Assembly: GCA_963514005.1 (NCBI GenBank)
Contig: OY740806.1
Location: 21,328,001-21,392,000 of the forward strand
DNA length: 64,000 nucleotides
Origin: Raja brachyura
Lineage: Eukaryota
Reading direction: 5' to 3'
Below, one piece after another: positions 1-14,000 of this stretch. A program made the translations under genes and the position numbers. Below the pieces are notes generated by a model. It was given only the letters and a program-made list of their open reading frames with translations. It was not told where the DNA came from and searched no databases. The first letter of the stretch is position 1; every line of letters begins with the position of its first letter.

Positions 1-503
1 ATTAACAATGTCTGATAATCAGCATTAACAATTAAATTATAAATGTCTGGTAACCGCTTTTTCATTTCCAATAATAATTCTGCTTCTCTTATCTACATTT
101 CCTCAGACCTCCTGTCCCTCTATTGCTCTCCTTCACTTTACATTAACATTACATTTGCCATTCAATCCCTTCTGCCTTGCATCAGATCTTCCGTTTCATC
201 CTCCACCCATTCTTCCTTGCTCAGCATGTTAAGATTTTCCCCACAAATGCTGCCTGACCTGAATATATGCAGGGTAGCTGCAGGAGTTTGACTCATTCAT
301 TAATTAGACCCATGTTCTTGCTAAATATAAACCCTCTGTCTAATTCCCAAGTGAATCATGTAAAATGAATGGCATTTATTTCAAGATTCTCTATTCTGCT
401 TTCTGCACAAAGCACCCACCACACCACTTTAAAACACGCGTGACCTCAATGGAGGGTTTTCTTGCCTTTCATACTTAATTGCAAAGGTCAAAAGAAATGC
501 TAC

Positions 504-809
504 TAGTTTTGTTTAGAGATACAGTGAGGAAACAGGCCCTTCGGCCCACCGAGTCCACATCGACCAACGATCCTTGAATATTATCCTACACACACTAGGG
601 ACATTTTTTTACACATACACCAAGCCAATTAGCCTGCATACCTGTACATGTTTGGAATGTGGGAGGAAACCAAAGATCTCGGAGAAAATCCACATGGTCA
701 TGGAGAGAATGTACAAACTCCGTACAGACAGCACCCGTAGTCGGGTTCGAACCCGGGTCCCTGCAGCTGCAAGCTCTGTACGGCACCATCTCTACCGCTG
801 CGCCGCCCT
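504..809 (-). mobile_element. HE1/V-SINE
   Basis: On the minus strand: tRNA-like head (GGGTTCGAACC box B), V-domain (GGAGTTTGTACATTCTC...TTTCCTCCCACA) and CR1-like tail GGGCCTGTTTCC...TCTCTAAAC. Confidence 0.85.
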
Positions 810-1625
810 GCATGGTTATTTCGAATAAACTACTTGTGATCGACTAAAGCTATCGGTTTATTCAGATCTGTGATGCATGATAAACATGCAACTCATGGGG
901 TGGGAAGACGGGAATAATTTTCTGCCTGAATGCTAGCGTCAGAATGGATTAGCTGCACTAAAGAGCATTGACCAATTATCAAAGGCTCTGGTGAGGATCC
1001 CCTTGATTTGAATGTACTTATTTATTTAGAAAGAACCACAGCTCTCTGACCCTGATCTGTTCAATGAGAATCCTGGTTTTCACATCTTAACTACAAAGAC
1101 TTGCATTTGCCCCAAGTCCCCAAGTACCTTTGGCTAACAAAAATCATTCATTCCCATGTTTGGAATGAAGAACTGACAAGCCATTTTTTTCCCTTTGGTG
1201 GAATGGTAAGTGATATGAGAGTAATGATCATAGAACAATTTTAAGCATCTGAAGACAGTACAACAGGACTGGATGGATTATTGCAACGGTGACTAAAACA
1301 TACATCAGTGACTCCAATTATTCAGTAAATGAAACAACTATTTAGATTGCAAAACACAAAGTACCAGAGGAACTCAATGGGTCAGGCATCATTTATGGAT
1401 GGATTAGACAGGTGACGTTTCAGGTCAGGAATCTTAAGTTGGCTGATCTTTGCCATGGGAAATAATTTGACTGCAATTGGTTCTGGTTGTGTTGAACTGC
1501 AGAATGGGGGAAATCAGTTTTAGGTAGACAAACCATCCAATCTCTCTTTCTGGAAATGAAGCACGTGGTCAAGGCTGGAGCTTTGAGCATGAACTTTGGA
1601 TAAAGCATAGGAGAGTATTTAGCTA

Positions 1626-1838
1626 TCATAGAAACATAGAAATTAGGTGCAGGAGTAGGCCATTCGACCCTTCGAGCCTGCAACCGCCATTCAATATGAT
1701 CATGGCTGATCATCCAAGTCAGTATCCCGCACCTGCTTTCTCTCCATACCCTTTGATCCCCTTAGCCACAAGGGCATCATCTAACTCCCTCTTAAATATA
1801 GCCAATGACTGGCCTCAACTACCCTCTGTGGCAGAGAA
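1626..1838 (-). mobile_element. CR1/HER1-type LINE 3' fragment
   Basis: Near-identical reverse complement of the 3' part of 46858-47150, with a (TTTCTATG)n tail. Confidence 0.8.
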
Positions 1839-2022
1839 CAATATCTCATAAGATCTCATCCATTAAATTCTTGCATACTTTTCAAAGACAGGATGTGAAG
1901 TAGAGAAAAGTTAACTGAACACAGTTTACCATCAATTTATGTACATTTTGTTGTCAAAGCTTAAGTCATGGATTTATATTCCATCTAGAATTTTAATGCA
2001 TAAGCTTTCTCTTACATTCCAG

Positions 2023-5000
2023 ATGTCATTGTAATAATTACATCTCTGCTGAGGAGCTCTGTGATAGAGTTTGTGTGGCTAGAACTCTGAATATTTCTGC
2101 AGGTACCCGAACGAATGGAAAACTTGTTTTAACCATTCAAAATGGAATGGGCAAGGACCAGAAAGAGTGGGTGAGACAATACTAAAAATAATCTTACTGC
2201 TCCCTCTATTATCAATTCCTCTATGCTCTTACACTCTGCCATTAGTAAGGCTTCATCTTTACAAAGCATGTATAAACATACTGGTGCCTTCTGGGTTATT
2301 GTTCTGTTTTTATAGAATTGAACACGGGTACCAGACAGGATCCCAGAAGGTAATAGCAATTATCTCGTAATATTTGACAGGACATTAGATCTTTCTTTCC
2401 AGGGTGCATTTTGCGATTATTGCACCCGACTAGAAATAGATTTCTAATGAGCAGTCAAGTGAATGAACATGATAATTCAATCAATTGCAGATTTCCTGGT
2501 TAATGCAAGTTAAAATAAAAAGAGAGATTAAACTAAACATTGTACGCATTTAATCTAGTGACTTTTTGCCTTGGCAAGCGTTTTTGATGTGTTTTACGTT
2601 CTCAGGTTGTGGCGGAAGTGCTTGGGCCAGATGAACACAGTAAACTTGAAGACGGTGTGAGGGTCCAGTTCATCCACTTTGAGCCTGCTGGAATTTTTGG
2701 TTGGATTTTATCAGGAAAGAATGCAGTTGAGGAGTTCCTCGCAGGTCAGTTTCTCAAGCATAAGCTGACTGGAATGTGACTGATAATGGTCGAATGCAAC
2801 AATCAGAGATACAGAGAACTTACAAAAATAATCTACTGTGGCTTTGGCATGAATTTCGTAACAATTATTTCATACCAACTATTACGGTTTGTCTATAGTG
2901 TAACGGGGAAAATCTTTTAAATATCACTGCCTGACAAAATGAAATATCTTTTGCACAATTTAAATAATTCACTTGTTTTATGGATCTTTTCAAGCATCGT
3001 TTCAAGCACCATAGTGCGCTGCTTCAGTTACATTCAAATGTGGATATATATATATTCATAAAATGTCAATATTATACATTGAAAACGTTTGTGCAACGTT
3101 TGTGCACCAGATGTCTGTGTATTAGGTGTCTGCAGTTACAGGCCATAAACACTAGGTGAAGGTAGTTGTCCATTGGATTTTGCATGTTATCTCTCCAACA
3201 TTGAGCAATCCCAATTGATCTATTAATACACTTTAATTATCTTCATAATCACTTGGGCTTTGAGTAAAGAAAATGTGTTTTTAAAATAAATGAAAGACAC
3301 CACTAGTACAGAGGAGAAGCTGGGTTTTCAAGTGAAATGTCCAAAGGACAAAATGTTTTGCAATCAGAACAACCCATCTGGTCAGTCCATAGTGAAATAA
3401 AAGGGTTAATGTCATGATTGGTCACGTTATTTAGAGAACCTGAGCAAAAGAATCAGACCCAGGAAAATAACCAAAGAGGAGAAAGCTGATATAGAACATA
3501 GAACAGTACAGCCCAGAAACAGACCCTTTATCCCACCATGTCTGCCAAGTTGAACTACTCACATCTGCCTGCACATGATGCATCTCTCTGCATTCCATGT
3601 ATAGCCACTTGCAGATCCAAAAGCCACCTAAATGCCTTTGTCGTATCTACTATAATGATCATTATTCATAAGCTTGCTCTCAGTTCAATGCAACTCATGG
3701 GAGATTACATTGTAATGTATCATTCCAGACAAGAATGAAGAATGACCTTTCTTAAAGCTTTTAATTGTCCAGTTTGATGAATTAAACATTGGAGAACCTT
3801 ATTAAATTTAATCAGACAACATTAGGTGAAGCTAGTACGGTGCATTAACTGCATGATAGTCCTTTGCTTTATTGCAATCTCCCTGTCAGAAAGGTTTGCA
3901 GTTTAATTTAATTTAAATGAATGGTCCAATTATGGCTAAAATTAGGATTATTTGGGTTTATTCTGCAATGCCAAAGAGATTTGATTTAATGTTAACAGCC
4001 TGCCTATTAATGGGTGACAGCTTGCTGTGAAATGTGAGAAGTTCTGCACAATTCCAGAAGTCTCAACTTTATTACAAAGTTCCACTGATCATTTTTTGGT
4101 CCTGCTCATCCACTGAATGTGAATTCTTACAATGGACCATACATTTGTTGTACTTGTATAATCTTTAATCATCTTTGAATGTTCCAGCACATGAGTAACT
4201 TTGAGAAGCATTCTAGACGTCATCCTTGATAACTGGACAACTGGGCGTGTGGCTTTTCTGGTTGTTGGTTTTTATAGCTGTTTTAGGCACGAGCCTGTTC
4301 TACAGTTCTGCACACAAGGCCCTACTGATGTACAGTGTTTTGCCTTTTAGCTGGCCTTGCCGCTATGTAAGATCAGTCTTCTGGGTATGAATTAACAAGT
4401 GTGCATTTGATGTGTACCTCAGTACGTCATTAGTAAGTGTTGAAAGCAGCCTGAACGTTGTTTATTTGTTACGTATTCAAAGCCTAGTTTAAAATCTAAT
4501 TTGATCAACAAATAATCCTTTATGTGTATTTCATCAGTGCAATTACAATCCATTCTTACACATTGTCTTTCATCTTTACCTGTGCAGAGACAGAGCAGCC
4601 TGAAATAGTTGGATATCCCCAGCATCGGCCAAAAACACGAGGACACGTGCAAAGGACCACTTCCACAAAATTGCATGGAGGAGTTCACAAAATTCCAAAC
4701 CCCATTGTCTGCCTAAAACCAAATGACTTGATCCTCTTCAAGCTCAACATCCACCAAAGCAGTGAGTATTGATGTAGAAACAAAGAACTGTAGCTGTTCG
4801 TTAATACACAAAAGGACACAAAGTGCTGGAGTAACTCAGCAGATCAGGCAGCATCTCTGGAGTACATGGATAGGTTCTCCAGAGATGCAGCAAGCCAGGT
4901 TCAATCCTGACCTCGAGCACTGTCAATGTGCAGTTTGCATGTTCCCCAAATGACTGGATGGGTTTCCACCCACACCTCGAAGATGTGCTGGTAGATTAAT

Positions 5001-8000
5001 AGGCTATGGGAGTTTACCCGTTTACATAGGACAGTGGCAGATAAACTGGTGAGGGAGTGTTGATGGACATTGGCAGAGAACAGGGTCACAGAAAATAGAT
5101 GGGGAATTGATAAGAATGTTCTGAAAGTGGCATAGGCTCAATGGACCAAATGGGTCATCTATATTGTAAGACGATTTTAGAGAAATATAAAATATGCAAC
5201 AATATTACATGAATATGACTTCTAGCAACACACACATTACGCATTCCTGGTTGTTGTGCAGGTTGGTCGAACCGAGTAGCATATGTTTAAACAACAAATA
5301 GAAACTTACTTTGGCTTTTCATTAACATGATATTGAGGTCCTATTTACATTCAGCTAACTACTTTGGACTGGCCATATTTTTCGTAATAAGCCGTCTTTC
5401 TTTAATTCTCTTTGTCAGATCAAAGTTTGAGTCACTACCCTGTTTACCAAAAAGACCACCTGTTCAACACAAATTCAGAGTGGGATTTTGGATCCTTCAG
5501 GAAGTTGGATTATTTTATCAGAGAAACTAATGTCAACATCACCAGGTGACCATATTCCATATCTGTAACCTCATGTGTTTGTCCTTAATTTATAGTTGTA
5601 CAACAACGTGTTTTATTTACTGTCTGTCAGAAAGTAGTTTCCATTCTGACTATTCTTAAGTTCTAAACTCTGGTGAAGTGGTACAATTATTAGGTATGTT
5701 ACAAAACTTACCTTTAGCGGCGCTGCAGTTCTGTCACTGGCCGTGTGCGCGACTTTGGCGCCTTTGGGGGGGGAGGGCGGTGTTAATATGGGGTTTTCCC
5801 CTTGCCATCCGGAGCTTTATTTTCTCGGAGTGCGAACTTTTTCCGACTGCTGGTAAGTTAATTTTTTTTTTTAATCGCCCGACTATTTCAGCGCTGCAGT
5901 AAAATAAAAATTAGCTCCTAATGCCGTGAACGCCGACAACAGGGACGGATTTTACGTAGAGGACAGGTAAATGAAAGTTGTTTATTTTTTCATATAAACT
6001 TGTTTGTTTAGATGACCTTAATCAACATTTCATCACCGAAACGGTGATTTAGGCCCCATACGAACCGGCAGAATTTTTCCTGCCGATATGGGGTTTAAAT
6101 TCACCGCAACCGCAACGTTCCAATCCATTGCGTTCCAGAAAATTCCACTCGCAAGCTGATTTAAATGGCCATTAATCTACGGGCATTAAACACTAAATTC
6201 CTTCAACTTGGCCTATAAATTAATGACAATTAGATTTAAAAATCATGTTATATTGTGAATTCTTGTGTGAATGTTATTTGGACACTTAGGCTTTAAAAAA
6301 TATGTTAATTTTTTCTTAAGAAATGGATAGATGTTTAGATCTAGTAATTGAATTTTGTAATTAGCTACAATTGGGTAACTAACTAATTATATGCTTTAAT
6401 TTCAGGCCATCCAAGTAAGATTGTTTCATATTTGTTTCAGAATGCTTCAATCTATAATAACTGAAAATTTCTTTCAGATCTCTTAATTTTTAAGAAAGAT
6501 ATGGGCTTTTGACTGTCCTCAATCACAACTTTTGTGTTAAGTCAATAGAAAAGCAATAGGAAACAAGTTGCTAATTTCCGAGTATGAAAATGGCCATAAC
6601 TTTTTTAAATACTGAAGATATGAAAACGAATTAGGTGTCAAATTAAACTTCTTTTTATGCTTTATCTGATGGGATAAATTGCAGACTTGATTTTTCAAAA
6701 TTTCAAAATGTAACATTGCTACAATTATAGACCTAATGCCATAGCAGGGAGTATCCTGGTTATGATAATTATCTTCTAAAACTAACGGACATTCAAATGC
6801 ATTCTCTGGCATGGGTGCACATTTGTGCTTTCACTAACATCATGCTCATCCCTAGCCTTTCTCTTTCTCACTATCACTCACACCCACTCTCCACTATCAC
6901 TCGAACCATCCACTCTCTCTCCCCTTGTTTCCCTTATTCCCACTCCAATCTCTCCTGCATGGTCTTCCCTTTTTTTTAGTTTAGTTGTAGAGATGCAGCA
7001 CCGAAACAGGCCCTTCGTTCCACGCTGACCAGTGATCCCAACACATTAACACTAACTGGCACAGACGAAGAACAATTTACACTTATGCGAAGTATACAAA
7101 CCCAAGTCAATTAACCTCCAAACCTTTGCGTCTTTGGAGTGTGGGAGGAAAACGAAGATCTTGGAGAAAACCCACGCAGTTACAGAGAGAATGTACAAAC
7201 TCCATACAGACAGCACCCGTAGTCAGGATCGAACCCATGCCTCTGGCGCTGCAACTCTACCGCTGCACCACCATGCCCCTTCTTTAATATTATTTCATTC
7301 AAAGAAATCTTGGTATCCAGCAACCATGAAGACATCATGCTAAATTAACTGAGAATCTTATTTCAGCTTTGTTGTTAACAGCAAACCAGAGTTCTAATCA
7401 TATTTCGTAGAACACTGACTAAAGATGGAATGTACACAAGATTACGGTAGAAGCCAAGATATTATAAATTTATTTTAATTTAAAAATCCTTGTTCTGAAA
7501 TATTTATTGGAATTATAAGTCACTTCAGTAATTTTTTACAGTGCCAGAGAATTTGCTCAGCAGTAAATTTGACACCATACACCATCACTAACTCACTTGG
7601 ACTTTGTGTATAAAATGTAGCACTTCACAGATATTTAACAACCATTATATCATGCCCCAGTATGATTGCACTTGAAATATGGTATGCAGGTGGGGGCTCC
7701 CAACCGAAGGAAGGGTATACTTGCAACAGCGGGACAGTACTGTGGCTTCATCAGATTGATTGCTGAGATGGGTTTTACGATAAATGTGAATTAAGCCAAT
7801 GAGATGTCATTGACAATGTTTATGGGGCTTAACAGAATAGACACAAGAATGATGTTTTACTTGGCTGGTTGCTGGATGTCTAGTCATAGTCTCAATGTAG
7901 GTGTTTGGGCATCCAAAAATATTTTATTTCACAGGGGGGAGGGGGTTGTAGAGGATAGTTGGAATTCTCTATCTATGAGGACTGGAGTCTCAGTTGTAAT

Positions 8001-11000
8001 GTATATGAAATGTAAAAATGTATGATTTTTAAAATATTGATGGAATCTAAGAATTTGTGGTTGGTTCATGTAGTTGTTAATGTGTCAGTCATACTCTGTC
8101 TGACAGGGGGTGCAGGCAGAAGTGGCTGAAAGACTTACCCCTGCATCTGAAACATTATCATGAATATAGCTGGAATAACACTATTTTCCTTTATACTAGA
8201 TTTGCACATGCTTTCATGGAACCTGGGAAGTTTGTCTTTCATGATAATGCAGAAGCTGAGCGCACACTGATTGTAAGTGTCAGCAGGTTTAGTGCAGAAT
8301 GTGACGCTGCTTTATCTGTCCAGCCATCCTCTCCCTTCCAATTGTTGAGACATGGAATTCTAAAACGACAAAATCTCAACCTGACACCAGACTGGGTCTT
8401 CATTACAGGTAAACATTGTTCTAGTTTTAGAGTAGAGACAAGGAGCTGCCAGTGCTGGTTTACAAGAAGGACAAAAGGTACTGCAGTAACTCAGCGGGTC
8501 AGGCAGTATTTCCAAAGAACATGCATAGGCAACATTTCAGCTCCTTTCAACTTCTTCAGAATTCTAATCCTAATTCGAGGAGAGTCTGAAGAAGAGCCCT
8601 GACCGGAAATGTCACCTATCCATGTTCTCCAGCGATGCTGCCTGACCTGTTGAGTTACTCCAGCATTTTTATGTCCTATTGTTCTAATTTTGTAATATAA
8701 AAAATAATTCCTCTTGGAAGTAATCAATAATATATGAGGTAACTGATACAGTTTCAAAACGTAGTCTGAAACCCCAGTCAGTTCCTTGGTTCAAGATTTA
8801 ACATAGACATCCTGCTTTAAGCAGTCTGAGTCCAGAGATGTTGCTTGTCCCGTTGAGTTACTCCAGCTTTTGGTGCCTATCTTCGGTTTAAGTCAGCATC
8901 TGCAATCCCTTCCTACACAAGAATCTATCGATCTCTGCCTTAAAAAATTCCATTGATGGCCTCCAAAGCCTTCTGTGGCAAAGTATTCCACAGATTCACC
9001 ACCCATTCAACTCCACTCGGGATTCTGATTAACTTAAGAATCAGTGCCATTCTGAAAAGACTTGACAATCCCCAGAACACAATGAGCCAACATGTTGATA
9101 CATTTACTTGGATCATTCCACCATAGTTATAATCCTACTTACAGCAACAAAAATCACATCTATAAGTGGTGAAAGAGGATGAGTTCCAGTGACCGAGATA
9201 ACACTCCAGCAATGGAGTTAAATTGTAAACAAGAAACATTAAAGCTTTCTCACCAATGATAGAATTGAGATTTAATTGATATTTACTTCTTTCAATACGC
9301 ATCTCTCACACACATACAATCAGTCCCTTGATAAGTCCACCTACATAACAAACCATGCTAGTAAATGACTGGATTCAGTCCAGCACAATTAATCTTGGAG
9401 TGAACCTGAGAAATTTACAAGCTGTAGCAATTATGTAGATCACCACGGGGAGTGCGTGACCTTAAAGGCTAGATACAGCAGTGTGTTAAATATCACAACC
9501 AAAGAAGCAACAAAAAGGAGATCAATTTACTAGGATGTGTAAAAATCCTCATCATGCATGCCAATCTCTGGACTGTACCTGGAAAGAACCTAAATAAAGT
9601 CCCTTGTAGTAGTTTCTTTTGGAAAGCAAGAATTTCCATTTTTACACATGAATCCTATGTTTTATGAAAACTAGAGAACACTATCCTACACACACTTGGG
9701 ACAAATTTTGCACATGCACCAAGCCAATTAACCTAAATATCTGTACGTCTTTGGAGTGTGGGAAGAAACCGAAGATCTCGGAGAAAACCCACGCGGGTCA
9801 CGGGGAAAATGTACAAACTCCGTACAAGCAGCACCCGTAGTCGGGATCGAACCTGGGACTCCGGCGCTGTAAGGCAGCAACTCTATCGCTGTGCCACTGT
9901 TAATATTAAACTATTTTTCACAAATGACCTTTATGTCCTAAAAAGACAATGTTGCACATGGAATATTCATTTAGCATGGAATATTTTTACAAGATACAAT
10001 AATGCTGTACATATTATCGTGTTTGATCAATGCTTTATGATAACTCGCAATTTTCGTTTCAGTCCTTAAACCTTTATAAAGTTGATTTATATAATTGAGA
10101 AACTGGAATGTTAATATATGTTTCCTGGTGTTTGCTTCAGGAACTCTTAGTGTGCTGGCTGTGATGACTGCAATGTTCACAGTGGCAGCCCTGATGTTGA
10201 AGCCTGACCAGTCTTCATTAAATCCCATGCTGAAGTGGAAACCAAAATGGCGCAGTTTGGGAGAACCTTACATCCCACCAGGATATGTCATAATGAAAGA
10301 TAGGTAAGCAAGAGGAAGCTGAATCAGTAAAGCTTCTACCAATCAAAAACTAGCACCACACAGTTCCGATAGTGAGGTGAAATCCACAAAGATCATCCCT
10401 TGTTTTACAAAGTGGTCCTATGATCTTCCTTGACACTTAAGGAGATAACATATTTATCTAGGAAGCTATTTGTCGCAGCTAAAATATTCAGTCCTTTGAG
10501 TAGCAAAGTAATGTCATAACATTTCCTGGTTTATGAATGCCTTTGGTAAAAGCTGGCACAGTTGTACAGCATGTTGGTTCCCTATTGCAGCATAACCTTG
10601 GCTATTGTAGTGTGCTTCCTCCAGCTGAGATATTCTCTTTATTTCACTACCAAAGATGGCGTATTGATGGAACTATTGACAGAGCCTTTCCATCAGACCA
10701 AATGGCTGTTTCTTAAAGTTATAGAATCGCACCGCATAGAAACAGACCCTTTGGCCCATCTTGCTCATGCCAACTAAGATGTCCCACTAATTGAGAAAGG
10801 GTACCGACCAGATTCACAAGGATGTTATAGTACTGGAGGACTTGAGTTATAAGTAAAAATTGGTTAGGCAGTGAGTTTTATTTCCCTGGAGCAGAGCAGT
10901 TAACCTTAAAGGGGTATACAAATTCATGATGGACATGGATATAGTGGATGATCACTGTTTATTTCGCAGGATAGGGAAGTCTAAAATTAGAGGGCATAGA

Positions 11001-14000
11001 TTTAAGGGAAGAGGGGAAAGAATTAAAAGGGACCTGGGGGCAAAGCCATCATACAGAGGATATTGGGTATATGAAACCAGTTGCTAGAGAAAGCTGTAGA
11101 GATGAGAAGAAATACAATGTTTGAAAGACATTCTTACAGGTACATGGATGATAAAGGCTCAGAAGGATATAGGCCACATGTGGGCAAATGGGACTAGCTC
11201 AGGAAGACAACTTGACTGGCATGGACAAGTTAAACCAAAGGGCCTGTTTCTATGCTGTATAAATCCATGACTCTAACTCCTCCACATTCCACCTCTCATC
11301 TGTACACTAGGTGCTATCTATAGTGGCCAATTAACCTATCTGCCCACACATTTTTTGAGGTGTGGGTGGAAACACTCAGGAGACATACACGTTGACAAGG
11401 AGAATTCCATACAGACATCAGTACAGGCCAGGATCAAACTCAGGCCACTGGAGCTGTGGGACTGTGGATTTCTTTGTGGTTTGTGCGTTAAATCAGTTCA
11501 GTGACAACATGCAATATTTTCTCTTAGCTTGAATTTCCATGAAGCTCTTGGACCCCGAGGTGCTGGAGAAGGAGCAGAAACAGAAGAGTCAACCCACATA
11601 ATAGGTAATAACAAAGTAGCTACTCTCCAGCCTTCTTATATTAATAGGATGCATTACAACTATTATCAGCATATTTTCTATCAATTTCACCTATTTATAT
11701 GGCAGCTCATTTATTTAACAGTACTTCTGTTTGTAAGAATATTTTTATGAAAATAAAAATCCGTAGGATTTAGCGTCACCACAGGGTTCAGATCTTCAGA
11801 AGCAAGGAACTGCAGATGCTGCTTTACAAAAGAAAACACAAAGTGCTGGACTAACGTAGATGAAAAGACCAGAGGGCTGATGCACACCAAGCTCTCAGAG
11901 AAGGTTCTGTAGAACTGGCAGTCTACGCTCTTCATGCTGAATGTCATGAGTTTGTCACTGCTGGGTATTGGAGATGATCCCATCACAAAACTCCAACTGA
12001 TTCCAGATAAAGTCTCTCTGCATCCATGCAATTCCATGTTGATCCACCTCCAAAATGGCCTGAGTTCTCCCACTGTTGACAGTGCCATCTTTTTTTTTTT
12101 AAAAACACACGTGCAACCAAGTTTCAGAACTTAATCCTGGATCATAAATCACATTTGTCATCTCCAATCTGCGAAGGGAGTAAACACAGTGATAACTTAA
12201 GATTTTATTAGCTGTGTAAGGGGTATCAGGAAAACCAGTTGTATTCAGGTGAATTGATCATTGAAGTACCAAACTGTTGTCCTGCTTCATGTATGGTTTC
12301 ACATAAAAATGATGTAGATGGTTTTATATGCAACCAATAACATAGTTAACTCAGTACCATTAACCCCGCCTAGTTAACATCAATCATAACGCCTTCCCCT
12401 TCCTGGGTACAGATGTATGTAATACCCTGTGCTATCATTAAAAGGTGTTGAATACTTTTAGAGTTTGTGAATTGCTTATTTACAAATGATAAGTCACAAG
12501 ATTTACCCTATTGCTTTCCTGCATACTTTTCTCATTTAAAAAAAAAGTTGAATATTAGATCATATTTCTAAATTCTTGTTCAAACTCACCCCCATATTTA
12601 TCTATGTCACAGAGTTACAACATTCTGCAGGACTGAAGGTTTGGAGTAACTGGGGGACATTAAAGGCAGTACCGAATTGTAAATGTTGTTTGCCATTATT
12701 ATTTTTGTTTTATTGGTATTGAATTAACTTGGGAAGGGAACAAATTCAGCACCTGTAAAGATTGAAAACATCACTGCATTTTATAGTCAACTGTTTATTA
12801 ATGTACAAGAACAGGTATTTTACAGGTTTTATGTTTTAACAGTTAAAAAAGCACAGGAGATTGAACTGGAGGATTTTAGTGTCCGCACTTTGTTTGATAA
12901 ACTGGAGGACCAGAACCTACACCTTGCTTCTCAGCTGAATAAACAAAAGAGTGACCTGCAGGCATTTTATCGACATATCAGCCTTCAGATGCAGGAGCTA
13001 AAGGTTCAAAATGCTTTTTTTATTCAGTATTGAATTTTAAAAATAAGGTCAAAAATCTTGCATGATAACCTCCACAGTAATAATACATATTGTTATTAAA
13101 AGTCTGAAATAATTCAGTCATTACATTATATTACAGTTCAAAAATCATAGCTGATGCTAAAACGTTGAGTGTTGGTAGGTAAGATCATGAAATAAGAGAT
13201 GGATTAGGCATACAGCCGCTCAAACCTGACCCACCCTTCTACAGGATGGTCGCTGATGAATCACAATTCTGCATAATTTTTAATTTCCCCAGATCACAAA
13301 TGTTATCAGCCTCAGTCTTGTTTGGTTTGTTCATTAATTTGATCATCAGAGAATTTCATGACGTGACTTAGCCCCTAAATGAAGAAATTCCTCCTGATCT
13401 TAACGTCAAATCTTATCATTATCTAGAGCTTGTTCCCCTAGTTAAAGATTCTCCATCCAAGGGTAACATCTCATCATCAACCTTTATGAGCCCAAAATGA
13501 CTTGAGAGAATGGAGACCTGTTCTATTCAATTCCATTCAACTCTGATGTGAAATCATCCCTGTACTTTTTATAATTCATATCCTGTTATCCTATTCAGTG
13601 TTCAGGTCATTCACAACTCACTTCGACTTCACACTCAGATCCACAAGCAGAACAATCTCTAATGGATCAATTATATAACCCTGTCTTAGTCCAGTAGCTT
13701 CCTATTCCTTTTCTCATTGTTCAATCTCTTTTACCTTCCATCCATGACACATCTGATGTCCTCACTGACTTTGATAATTTCCTGACCCCGGATGTCTCAA
13801 GTTCAATTTGGGCAACTTATCTCTCCACATCTCTGTCCCACACCAAAATGTCCTGAGGCTCTTTGCCCCTCCCTTGACAATCCCCAACCATAACTGCCAT
13901 TCTTTACCCATTCACTTCCACCAAATTACAGGGTGGAAAGACAACCTACTTAGTTCTAATCTAGTTTTACTTCTCAACTTCATACAGGTTTAGTTTAATT

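Noticed and set aside
12613-12645. Possible 33-nt frame-preserving micro-exon in gene A
   Set aside because: AG/GT ends and phase fit, but the splice signals are modest and the model works without it; needs RNA-seq.
13600-13990. Possible Penelope RT fragment on + strand
   Set aside because: Only a faint LxxSVPH-like trace; too decayed to support without alignment.
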